Origin: Promethearchaeota archaeon
Lineage (GTDB): Archaea; Asgardarchaeota; Lokiarchaeia; Sigyniarchaeales; SOKP01
Assembly: GCA_048940925.1 (NCBI GenBank)
Contig: JBHLOC010000002.1
Span: forward strand, 192,001 to 256,000
DNA: 64,000 nt
Reading direction: 5' to 3'
The notes beneath the pieces are model-generated. The model ran no database searches. It saw only the letters and a list, made by a program, of their open reading frames with translations, and was not told the origin of the DNA. A program made the position numbers and the translations under genes. Positions 40,509-49,943 of the stretch are shown one piece after another. How positions within the stretch are numbered: position 1 is the stretch's first letter; every line of letters begins with the position of its first letter.

Positions 40509-41441
40509 ATGGAATACACTATACTGGGACGCACGGGCTTGAAAGTAAGTGTTATGGGATTAGGATGTGGGGGACCCAGTGGTATTGGATTGCGTACTGG
40601 TAAAAGTCAAGAAGAATCTATTGAGATTGTTAAATATGCTGTTAATTCCGGTATAAATTTCATAGACACCGCAGAAGTATACAGAACTGAGAAAATTGTT
40701 GGAAAAGCAATTAAAGATTTTAATCGTGAATCTCTTATATTATCAACTAAAAAATCAACCTGGAGTAATATTAAACCTAAAGATGTGATAAAAAGCATTG
40801 AAAGAAGCCTTAATAATCTTAATACTGATTATATTGATATTTATCATCTACATGGTGTAATTTTAGAAGATTATGATTATCTGATCGCAGAAGTTGTCCC
40901 CACACTCCATGAGATGCACGATGAAGGCAAAATCCGTTTTATAGGAATCACAGAACGATTCAATCCAGATCCTCAGCATAACTTGCTGCAACGTGCATTA
41001 GAAGATGATATCTGGGACGTTATGATGGTAGGTTTTAATATTTTAAATCAATCTGCGCGTGAACGTGTTTTTAAAAAAGCTTTAGAAAAGGATATTGGGA
41101 TCTTAATAATGTTTGCTGTTCGACTTGCTCTAAGTAGACCTGAAAGACTTAAGCAATGTATCGACGAATTAATCAAAAATCAGCAAATTAATCCAGCAGA
41201 TATTGATAAAACGAACCCTCTTGGATTTCTTATTCATAAGGGAGGCGCTAAAAGTTTGGTAGATGCTGCCTATCGATTCTGTCGGTCTGAAGAAGAACCT
41301 CATGTAATTCTTTCTGGTACTGGAAATCTTGAACATTTAAAAGAGAATTTTAAATCATTTTCAAGACCACCTCTTCCTCAAGAGGATATTATTAAGCTCA
41401 AAAAGATTTTTAGGAATGTTGATTCTATTTCAGGACAGTAA
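40509..41441 (+). CDS. Aldo/keto reductase
   Basis: LGRTGLKVS, FIDTAEVY, DYIDIYHLH, GKIRFIG. Confidence 0.9.
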   Translation: MEYTILGRTGLKVSVMGLGCGGPSGIGLRTGKSQEESIEIVKYAVNSGINFIDTAEVYRTEKIVGKAIKDFNRESLILSTKKSTWSNIKPKDVIKSIERSLNNLNTDYIDIYHLHGVILEDYDYLIAEVVPTLHEMHDEGKIRFIGITERFNPDPQHNLLQRALEDDIWDVMMVGFNILNQSARERVFKKALEKDIGILIMFAVRLALSRPERLKQCIDELIKNQQINPADIDKTNPLGFLIHKGGAKSLVDAAYRFCRSEEEPHVILSGTGNLEHLKENFKSFSRPPLPQEDIIKLKKIFRNVDSISGQ

Positions 41442-41475
41442 AAAATTCAATAATTATTGTTAAGAGTGAATAAAA

Positions 41476-42363
41476 TTGATTTGGAAAACAAGAATAACCG
41501 AAATGGTAGATGGTCTTCAATACCCCATTATAATGGGAGCATTTGCTATAATAGGAAGAGCTGAATTTACTGCTGCATTTTCAGAAGCAGGGGGTCTAGG
41601 TATTTTAACTGCCTTAAATTTTGGAACCTCTGAAACATTTCAAGAAGAAATTAATAAAATGAAACAATTAACAAATAAACCATATGGTGTTAATTTTACA
41701 GTATGGCCACCACAAGTGAAAAGTGCAACTGGTAGAGACAGAACAGAAGAATCTTATTTTGATTTTTTAGATATTGCTCTTGATGCAGGTGTTAGAGTAT
41801 TTACTACATCCGCTTATAAAGCAGCTGAACTCGGAAGGAAAATACATAACGCAGGAGGTGTATGGTTTCATAAATGCGCAACAGTAAAACATGCAATATC
41901 TGCTGAAAAAGCAGGAGCTGATGGAGTGACGATAGTAGGTCTTGAAGGAACGGGTTTTAAAAACCCAAATCAAAATACTACACTTGTTAATATGACTATG
42001 GCAAGAAAATTGTTAAAGGTGCCACTTATAGCAGCTGGAGGGATTGGTGATGCTAGAGGATTTCTCGCTGCATTAGCAATGGGTGCTGATGCAGTATGCT
42101 TTGGGAGTGCTATAATGGCAACGAAGGAAAGTCCTGCTCCAGATGTATGGAAAAAGCAAGTTTTGAATCAAGATATATTTGATGAAAAATTTTACAAAAA
42201 GATTTTTCACCTTGAGCTAAGAGACTCTGGTATTGGTTCAATGGCTGTTGGTCATATTAATGAAGAAACTACGATTGAAGAATTCATACAAAATATTATT
42301 ATAAACGCAGAGAAAATTCTTAAAAATTGGGGAGTAAGAGACGAAATATTCAATCATACCTAG
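41476..42363 (+). CDS. Nitronate monooxygenase / FabK-like flavoenzyme
   Basis: SEAGGLG, GLEGTG, IAAGGIGDARG, GADAV. Confidence 0.85.
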   Translation: MIWKTRITEMVDGLQYPIIMGAFAIIGRAEFTAAFSEAGGLGILTALNFGTSETFQEEINKMKQLTNKPYGVNFTVWPPQVKSATGRDRTEESYFDFLDIALDAGVRVFTTSAYKAAELGRKIHNAGGVWFHKCATVKHAISAEKAGADGVTIVGLEGTGFKNPNQNTTLVNMTMARKLLKVPLIAAGGIGDARGFLAALAMGADAVCFGSAIMATKESPAPDVWKKQVLNQDIFDEKFYKKIFHLELRDSGIGSMAVGHINEETTIEEFIQNIIINAEKILKNWGVRDEIFNHT

Positions 42364-42394
42364 ATTTAATAGTAATAATATTTAAAGATAAAGA

Positions 42395-42742
42395 AGGGAC
42401 GAGAAGGTGCAACAAATACCCAAGGGTGTTCATTGCGTGGTATTGTTTTTCCTTACTTGGAGCAAGGAAGTCTCAACGTATTATTTCAAGCCACGTCGTG
42501 AAAAGAACCATAATTCATTGAATAAATTTTTATCCTATAAAATATATTACCGTTAGATAATCTCACTAATCCTTGCGGATTAGCCGGATTGAACACCGAA
42601 TATAAACCATAAGGCTTACATTTTAGTTCAGATTATGCTTTTACACACAACCTCCTTTCATATCGTTTCTGATCAACCGATGGTTGTAATACATTGAGGT
42701 AAACATTACCTCTTCTCGACGTTCATACCGTAAGATATGAAC
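42395..42742 (-). ncRNA. Putative ~350-nt structured non-coding RNA of unknown class
   Basis: Multiple helices, GCAA tetraloop, 12-bp long-range helix, 8-bp pseudoknot pairing, upstream TATA-like box, U-rich 3' end; G-U pairs favour the minus strand. Confidence 0.7.
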
Positions 42743-42764
42743 AATATATGATGTGAAGAAAACC

Positions 42765-42775
42765 TATTTAAATAA
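42765..42775 (-). promoter_or_regulatory. TATA-like box (TTATTTAAATA) ~25 nt upstream of the putative ncRNA
   Basis: Archaeal TATA consensus and spacing; AT-rich genome lowers specificity. Confidence 0.45.
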
Positions 42776-43065
42776 AACTGTTAAGGGGTTATTATGACCT
42801 TTTTGTCGGTTTACAACTATTACAGAATTTTTTAGTCGGAATCAAGTTTCATTTAAATATTTCATTCCATTTAAATCTAGATTTCATGTGAAAGGAAAAA
42901 CGAAAAACGATAAAAAGTTAATTTTAGGATTGAATCTTGAAAAAAGCTTAAATTATTTCAGCGTTAAGGTTAAATTCGACAAAATTTATATATACAATTA
43001 AATAAGTTGTGATTATCAAGAGAAGTACAATAATAATAACAATTTTGAAAAAAAAGGATTAAATT

Positions 43066-44913
43066 ATGATTACAGATCGAATTTTGTTAACAACTCCTTG
43101 TTACCCTTATCCTTCTTTACCTGCGAATGATTCACTTACAGATGCGACTGGACAAAGATTTACTCATGGAGATGATATCTTTACACTTGTCTCGCACACT
43201 CATTGTTATGCAAATCACATTTTAGCGCAAAATGTTAATCTTCCAGCAACTTTACTTGAGTACCCGCGCTGGAATAATTTTGTTGAAGAAGTAGATAAAG
43301 AGTATGCCATTATTGGGATCAGTGCTTTTCCTGTACATCTTGATATGGTTATGAAGATGTGTAAATATATTCGTGAAAAATCTCCCGAAACGAAAATTCT
43401 CCTTGGAAGCTATGGAGCTCAGGCTTTTGCGGCACAATATGATGAAGAAACTAAAAAAAAATATGTAGATCATGTTGTTCTAGGCGAAGGTGTAAATTTT
43501 CTTCGTGAACTATTAAAAGAGGACACAAATCGTCCTATCCAGCAGAAATTAATGCCTAAGTGTGGTGGAGCGCCACCATTTCTTAATAAATATCCCCGAG
43601 GAGGTATTGGGTTTTTAGTTACAGGATTAGGATGTCCTGGAGGCTGCGATTTTTGTTCGACAACGGAAATGTTTGGAAAAAAAAGGATTGAACTACTCTC
43701 CCCAGAAGAGTTTGTTAACCATGTTGAACTTTATCGTAAACACTTTAAACAACTTTCTTCAATTTTTGTAATCGAAGAAGATCATTTCCGTCATCCGCGG
43801 TGGATGGTAAAAACCAAGGAAAAATGGGAAAAAAATCTGGATCTCGTGGAAAACGTTGACTGGACTGGTTTTGGTTCAGTAGATTTCATCTGGCATTTTG
43901 CTAGTAATTATGGATGGGATGCCATTCCTGAAACAGGAATAGGCGCGGTTTTCATTGGTGTAGAATCTAAATTCGCAGGAGAGCATGGCTACAGAAAAGT
44001 TAAAGAAGCTGATGCTAGAGAAGTTTTTCATAAACTTCATTCAATGGGCATTCGTACGCTTGGAGCATGGATATGCGGGTGGGATTATCATAACCATGCA
44101 AACATGTATGAGGATCTTAATTATTTTATTGCATGTAAGCCTACTTATCAGCAATTAACACGTTTATCTCCATTTCCTGGGACTGAATTATGGCGTAAAC
44201 TTAAGGAACAAGGAAGAGTTTGTGAAGTACCATGGGAAGATGTACATTTCTGGAGTGGAGCACAGAAAAACATATCTTTAGAAACTCATGAAACCTTGAA
44301 TCTAACAGAATATGGATATGATTTGATGTACCGAACATGGGGTCCATCGATGCTTAGAAGGCTTGAGGTTACATTGAATGGGTATGAATATTGTATGAAT
44401 TCTGATAATCCATTAATGCGGGAACATAGATCTCAATTATTCAAACGAGGTTCTGCAACATCTTGGAGTATGTTAGGTGCTATGGATCGTTTTGCTCCTA
44501 ATGGTGTTGTGCGGAGGAGAGTTCAAAAAGCAGATGAAAGATTTAGAGATCTTATTGGTGAACCTACTCCAATGATGGAGTTGATAAGTAAAAATGTTGA
44601 ACAGAGTGCAGTGAAATTTAAAATGAAACACTTATTTGATCCGTTTGATCGAAAACCAAGAGAAGAACCCACTAAACGATATCTTTATAACAAAGATAAA
44701 TCAATAAAAGATGATGATATCCCCTATATTACTGAGTATCCTAATAAGATTCCAAAAAAGGTTCGCAGGGATATGAAGAGAAATAATTTTAAATATAAGC
44801 TCATTAACAAATTCCTTAGCACTAAGTATAGAGTCAAATCCACTAAACGTTTGAGTGAATTAGATGAAATTATTTTAAATAATATAAGAGGACAAAGCTA
44901 TGGAGGTTTCTAA
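43066..44913 (+). CDS. B12-binding-domain radical SAM protein
   Basis: N-terminal Rossmann-like domain (IIGISAF...ILLGSYG...VVLGEG), CPGGCDFC, GVES, PFPGT. Confidence 0.85.
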   Translation: MITDRILLTTPCYPYPSLPANDSLTDATGQRFTHGDDIFTLVSHTHCYANHILAQNVNLPATLLEYPRWNNFVEEVDKEYAIIGISAFPVHLDMVMKMCKYIREKSPETKILLGSYGAQAFAAQYDEETKKKYVDHVVLGEGVNFLRELLKEDTNRPIQQKLMPKCGGAPPFLNKYPRGGIGFLVTGLGCPGGCDFCSTTEMFGKKRIELLSPEEFVNHVELYRKHFKQLSSIFVIEEDHFRHPRWMVKTKEKWEKNLDLVENVDWTGFGSVDFIWHFASNYGWDAIPETGIGAVFIGVESKFAGEHGYRKVKEADAREVFHKLHSMGIRTLGAWICGWDYHNHANMYEDLNYFIACKPTYQQLTRLSPFPGTELWRKLKEQGRVCEVPWEDVHFWSGAQKNISLETHETLNLTEYGYDLMYRTWGPSMLRRLEVTLNGYEYCMNSDNPLMREHRSQLFKRGSATSWSMLGAMDRFAPNGVVRRRVQKADERFRDLIGEPTPMMELISKNVEQSAVKFKMKHLFDPFDRKPREEPTKRYLYNKDKSIKDDDIPYITEYPNKIPKKVRRDMKRNNFKYKLINKFLSTKYRVKSTKRLSELDEIILNNIRGQSYGGF

Positions 44914-44951
44914 CCTTTTCTAAATATTCTTAGGTATAGTTGGTGATTTAA

Positions 44952-46040
44952 ATAGTCAAAAAATCAAATTCTAAACCCATCCCAAGTAATACACCAGTTA
45001 AAAATGTTCCATCTGACTACTATCCAGAAGGATGTGGATTTTGGTATGAGCTATCAGATGGTATCGATGCAGGGAAAAAAATATTTTTCAGAGATAGCAA
45101 TCATGGAATAGGCAACCCTAAGGAAATAATAGTTTTTGTTCATGGAAATCCTGAATCTTCATATACTTTTAGAAAAGTTATTGATCATCTTATAAAAGCT
45201 GCTAAGAAACCTGTCAGAATCGTAGCGATGGATCATATTGGTTTTGGTTTGTCTGATCAAGCTTCATTTGAAATGGTTTGTATGGATCATGCTGATAATT
45301 TAACCCAACTTATAAAACATCTTGATTTGAAGAAGGTGACCCTGATAATACATGATTGGGGTGGCCCAATTGGTATTGGAGCGTTTTTAAGATTTCCTGA
45401 TCGTATATCTAATCTTATTATTTTAAATAGCACAGTCTTTCCATTTCCAAAATCAGGTATGACTTATGAAAATTACCCATTAAAACAGTTTTCATGGGCT
45501 AATACCCCAAATATTATTCCAAACAATTTATGGGGTGCCTTTACTTCTTTTGCTATATTCTATAATCCTGAAGATCCACAAGAATTAATATCTGCTTTAC
45601 CCAATTTGCTTGCAACATCAAGAGAAACGGGTAGTTTCTCAGAAAATGAAACCCCTACTCAGAAATTTTTTAGAGAGCAGTTCCAATCAGAAAAAAATGT
45701 AATGAGTTCAAAACGTTTAGTACTTCAAACACCAGTTTGGGGTCATGGAAATACATATAAAGACCCTGATCTTGGCGAAAGGGATACAACCGCCTTTTAT
45801 CGTTTTATACAGGACAATATTAGTAATTATTGGAGTCCTAATGGGCAAAATATTGGTGTTCGTGCTGTGTTAGGAAAATGGGATCCTTCAGCTAAAGATG
45901 AGGTTATACAACAATGGATTGAAAATCTTCCTCAGCTTGAGGACCATGTTAAACTTTTTGAAAATGCAGGACACTTCATTGAAGAAATTGAACCAGAAGC
46001 TATTGCTAACACGATAATTGAAGTTGCTAGTTTAAAATAG
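44952..46040 (+). CDS. Alpha/beta hydrolase, haloalkane dehalogenase/OleB-like; probable ATA start
   Basis: Frame extends 92 codons above the track start and contains VFVHGNPESSY; IHDWGGPIG nucleophile motif; AGHFIEE. Confidence 0.85.
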   Translation: MVKKSNSKPIPSNTPVKNVPSDYYPEGCGFWYELSDGIDAGKKIFFRDSNHGIGNPKEIIVFVHGNPESSYTFRKVIDHLIKAAKKPVRIVAMDHIGFGLSDQASFEMVCMDHADNLTQLIKHLDLKKVTLIIHDWGGPIGIGAFLRFPDRISNLIILNSTVFPFPKSGMTYENYPLKQFSWANTPNIIPNNLWGAFTSFAIFYNPEDPQELISALPNLLATSRETGSFSENETPTQKFFREQFQSEKNVMSSKRLVLQTPVWGHGNTYKDPDLGERDTTAFYRFIQDNISNYWSPNGQNIGVRAVLGKWDPSAKDEVIQQWIENLPQLEDHVKLFENAGHFIEEIEPEAIANTIIEVASLK

Positions 46041-46077
46041 AAGATATTCTTATTTATTACACAATATAAAAGATGTC

Positions 46078-47574
46078 ATGGCTTTAAACCCTAAAAAAAT
46101 CTATGAAGATTTAAAGAGGAAAGACATTAATAAATTAGCAGCTGTAGATTCATTAATTTTTCTAATAGGAAATAATGACAATATAGAAATTAGGCGAGCA
46201 AGTATTAAAATTCTGCAAAAAATTGGGATCAAAAATGAAAAAATTTTTTCCCTTTTGGAAGATCTCTTAGTATCAGATCCTAATCAAGAGATAAAGGAGC
46301 AAGCTGCTGATTGCTTAAAAGTTCTATTCCAAGAGAGAGCTCTTTCTCCTTTAAAATGGACATTGGATCACGAATCATCATGGCAGTTTTTATTACTAAT
46401 TGTTTCAATTATAAAGGAAATAAACAATCGAAAAGCTAAATCAATTTTTATTGAAAAGATTAAGAAATTTGATAATTATAAATTTATCAAGAGTCTTAGT
46501 CCTTTATTTAAAACTGAAGAAATTCAAAGTTTTAAAACTAGTGAACTAGTAGAAATTATTAACAACCATATTGTCATTAAATTTTTTGAAGATATATTAG
46601 AAAAGGTTAAATTTAAGATAGAAAAAGGAGTATTAATAGAGCTAGATTTATCATTTATTAGTAATAATAATTTTGGATGGAAAATTTTAAAAACTCTCTC
46701 AGAATCCATCAGAGTTATAAACAAACTTACGAAGTTAGAATTAAGAGGTAATAGACTTGGTAACCTTCCAAATTCTATTTTTTCTTTACCTTTCCTTAAA
46801 TTTTTGGATATGAGCCATAATAATTTAGAAAAATTATCTGATAGATTTGATGCCCTAAAATCCTTGGAGTACTTAAATCTAAGATATAACAATTTAACTG
46901 AGATTCCTAATTCGGTTGGGTCATTAGAAAACCTAAAAACTTTAGATCTGAAACATAACCGATTAACAACTCTTCCTATCTCATTTGGAGATCTAATCTC
47001 CCTCGAATCTTTAAATTTGCATGGTAATCAATTCACTACAATACCATCAATTATAGAGAAACTTACTTCACTTAAGAAATTAAAAGTAGGACTTAATCAT
47101 TTGAAAAATGTTCCAGAATGGATAAAAAATCTAAGGTCTCTAAAGAAGTTAGGCTTAGGAGGGAATAAAGATTTATCAAAAGCAGAAGAATGGATTTGTT
47201 TTTTACCTTCGATATTGGAATTAAATCTCTATAACAATAACATTAAAGCATTACCTGAGTCTATTGGGTCATTAGAATCTTTAGAAGTGTTAATTTTACA
47301 CAATAATCACCTTACTACCCTACCCGAGTCGTTTGGAAAGCTTATTTCCCTTAAAAAACTTGATTTAAGTTGGAATAATATAACAAATCTTCCTGAATGG
47401 ATTAGTTCGCTTTCTTCTTTAGAAGAACTAAACTTAAGGGGCAATAAATTATCAAACCTTCCTGAATCGATAACTTCTCTTCATTCTCTTAAAGTTTTAA
47501 ACATAACCTTAAATAAGAATATCATACAACTGCCTAAGGAATTAGAAAATAAAGCATTACATATTATGAAATAA
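46078..47574 (+). CDS. HEAT-repeat plus leucine-rich-repeat protein
   Basis: N-terminal HEAT-like helices; about 12 LxxLxLxxNxLxxLP repeats. Confidence 0.9.
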   Translation: MALNPKKIYEDLKRKDINKLAAVDSLIFLIGNNDNIEIRRASIKILQKIGIKNEKIFSLLEDLLVSDPNQEIKEQAADCLKVLFQERALSPLKWTLDHESSWQFLLLIVSIIKEINNRKAKSIFIEKIKKFDNYKFIKSLSPLFKTEEIQSFKTSELVEIINNHIVIKFFEDILEKVKFKIEKGVLIELDLSFISNNNFGWKILKTLSESIRVINKLTKLELRGNRLGNLPNSIFSLPFLKFLDMSHNNLEKLSDRFDALKSLEYLNLRYNNLTEIPNSVGSLENLKTLDLKHNRLTTLPISFGDLISLESLNLHGNQFTTIPSIIEKLTSLKKLKVGLNHLKNVPEWIKNLRSLKKLGLGGNKDLSKAEEWICFLPSILELNLYNNNIKALPESIGSLESLEVLILHNNHLTTLPESFGKLISLKKLDLSWNNITNLPEWISSLSSLEELNLRGNKLSNLPESITSLHSLKVLNITLNKNIIQLPKELENKALHIMK

Positions 47575-47690
47575 CTAATCAAAAGCTTTATGATAATCAC
47601 CATTTTTAAGCAAAAAATGAAATCAAAAAAAATTTTATATACTACAAAATCTAATTAACAATAATATTATACATAAGAGTGTTATGAAAA

Positions 47691-48698
47691 ATGGCCACTA
47701 ATTTTGTTGAAATACTTTCAAAAATCCCCCTAGCTGTTGATCCAGCAAAAATGACAAAATGGTATAATGAAGAATTAGGACCAGTATTTTATTTAATGTT
47801 TGGTATAACTTATGAATGTCAATGTAACTGCAGACATTGTTGTACTGGTAATTATATTAAAGAAAAGCATCGTGATCTTACAACAAAAGAGATAAAAAGT
47901 GTGCTAGATCAAGCTGCCAAACCTTTGATCGTAAATTTTTTCGGAGGTGAACCAACATTAAGACCAGATTTAATGGAATTAATTAATTATGCTGCAGAGA
48001 GATCAGTGTATGTTTTCACAGATACCAATGGTATTGTTGTAACGAAGAATTATGCCCACCAATTGAAAGAAAATGGTCTAGCTTTACTTTATGTTAGTAT
48101 CGACAGTCCAGTTCCAAAATTACATGATCAATACCGTGGATTTAAAGGATGCTTTGAAAAGGCTGTTGGTGCAATAAAAAATGCACTTGAGGTTGGATTA
48201 AAATGTGTAATTTCTACCTATATGACAAAAGAAAGTTTAGCCAATGGTGATTTTGAAAAAGTAATAAAAATGGCAAAAGACCTAGGTGCTCATGGAGTAA
48301 GATATTTATTACCGACACCTGCAGGTAAATGGTTACGCGAAACCGAGGTACTACTTACTCCTGAAGAAGAAGAAAAAGTTTGGGCGCTCACAGATTTTCC
48401 TTATGTTTGTAGAGATTTTTATTTTCAGACCCAACTTTCAAGTCAATGTGCAGGAGTTGCAGGAAAAGCTTATATATATGTTTCACCTTATGGTGACGTC
48501 CAACCTTGCTGTTTTATGCCTCTTTCTTTTGGAAATATCAGAGAAGAACCTTTAAAAACAATTCTAGATAAAATGTTTGACCATCCGATGTATAGACACG
48601 AGTGTTTGTCAAAACAATGTCCAATGATAGATCTAAATTTTAGAACGAAATATATTGACACCATCCCCGATGATACAAAATTACCCTTCAGAATGTAA
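47691..48698 (+). CDS. Radical SAM/SPASM-domain protein
   Basis: CQCNCRHC, GGEPTLR, C.......YVSPYGDVQPC...GNIRE. Confidence 0.9.
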   Translation: MATNFVEILSKIPLAVDPAKMTKWYNEELGPVFYLMFGITYECQCNCRHCCTGNYIKEKHRDLTTKEIKSVLDQAAKPLIVNFFGGEPTLRPDLMELINYAAERSVYVFTDTNGIVVTKNYAHQLKENGLALLYVSIDSPVPKLHDQYRGFKGCFEKAVGAIKNALEVGLKCVISTYMTKESLANGDFEKVIKMAKDLGAHGVRYLLPTPAGKWLRETEVLLTPEEEEKVWALTDFPYVCRDFYFQTQLSSQCAGVAGKAYIYVSPYGDVQPCCFMPLSFGNIREEPLKTILDKMFDHPMYRHECLSKQCPMIDLNFRTKYIDTIPDDTKLPFRM

Positions 48699-48803
48699 TC
48701 TTCTTTTTATTTTGCCTATTTATAGTTTTATGTATTTATAATTTTAGAGAAAGATATATAAATCTCTTTAGCATACATAATTATAAATTATAAATTTGAA
48801 ATA

Positions 48804-49937
48804 TTGACTACAATTATGTCTATAATGGAAAAAATCGAGCAAGCTGTTCCACTTTTAAACGATTGGGTGCATAATTGGAAAAATGAAGGAAAAAAAGTTT
48901 TAGGATATTTTTGTTCTTACATTCCTGAAGAAATCATATATGCTGCAGATGTTTTACCAATAAGAATGAGAGCAAGAGGGTGCTCAGATACACCAATGGG
49001 TGATGCTTATATGAACCCTACAACCTGTAGTTACACTCGATGTTGTCTGGAAATGGCAAATAGAAAGGAGTATGACTTTCTTGATGGGATTGTATCATGT
49101 AATTGTTGTGATCAAGTTCGCCGCCTCTATGATAATCTAAGATATAAGACTCCTTTTCCCTACCATTATATTATGGGTATTCCGGGGTATGTAAGTGATG
49201 TAACCATCGAATGGTTCAAACATGAAATTATCAAATTTAAGAAAAACTTAGAACATGAACTTAAAATCAGCATAGGAAATGATGACCTTAAAAAAGTAAT
49301 TAAAATATATAACCAAACCCGTACACTCCTAAAAGAATTATACACACTTAGAAAGCGAGATGATCCTCCCATTTCTGGATCAGATATAATGAAAATTTTA
49401 TCAGCAGGGATATCTATTCCAAAAGTAGAATATAATAAACTTTTAGAATTACAACTCAAGCAAATTATTGACAAAAAAGGTATCTCGGATTATAAAGCAA
49501 GAATTATGTTAGTCGGAAGTATGCTAGATGAACCAGAATATATAGAAATTATCGAAAATCTTGGTGGATTAGTGGTAACAGATTCATTATGCCTGGGAAC
49601 TAGATATTTTTGGGATTTTGTAGATGAAACCTTAGATCCTTTAGACGCACTCGCAAAACGTTATTTATCAAAGATATCATGTCCTCGCATGACAGATGGG
49701 CATTTAAAAAGAGCAGAATATATGGTTAATATGATAAAGGAATTTAATATTGAGGGAGTTATTTTTCAAAGAATGAAATTTTGTGCCTTATGGTGGGCTG
49801 AAATCTTTTTGCTCAGGAATAAATTAAAAGAAGAGGGTATTCCATTTCTTGATTTAGAAAGAGAATATGTATTAAGCGGTGCTGGAGCAATGAAAACACG
49901 TGTTCAAACTTTTATAGAAATTTTAGAGGCGAGGTGA
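48804..49937 (+). CDS. 2-hydroxyacyl-CoA dehydratase subunit (HgdB/BcrC family)
   Basis: GYFCSYIPEEII.A, CCDQVRR, MKFC, TRVQTFIE. Confidence 0.88.
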   Translation: MTTIMSIMEKIEQAVPLLNDWVHNWKNEGKKVLGYFCSYIPEEIIYAADVLPIRMRARGCSDTPMGDAYMNPTTCSYTRCCLEMANRKEYDFLDGIVSCNCCDQVRRLYDNLRYKTPFPYHYIMGIPGYVSDVTIEWFKHEIIKFKKNLEHELKISIGNDDLKKVIKIYNQTRTLLKELYTLRKRDDPPISGSDIMKILSAGISIPKVEYNKLLELQLKQIIDKKGISDYKARIMLVGSMLDEPEYIEIIENLGGLVVTDSLCLGTRYFWDFVDETLDPLDALAKRYLSKISCPRMTDGHLKRAEYMVNMIKEFNIEGVIFQRMKFCALWWAEIFLLRNKLKEEGIPFLDLEREYVLSGAGAMKTRVQTFIEILEAR

Positions 49938-49943
49938 AAAAAA

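Noticed and set aside
42327-42521. 64-aa ORF from the track
   Set aside because: Overlaps the upstream gene end and the structured region; no coding character
42395-42742. RNase P RNA, SRP RNA or group I/II intron identity
   Set aside because: No clear GAGGAAAGUCC/CR-V pair, SRP helix-8 motif or domain V on the favoured strand; a weak AAGGAAGUCUC on the plus strand is not convincing
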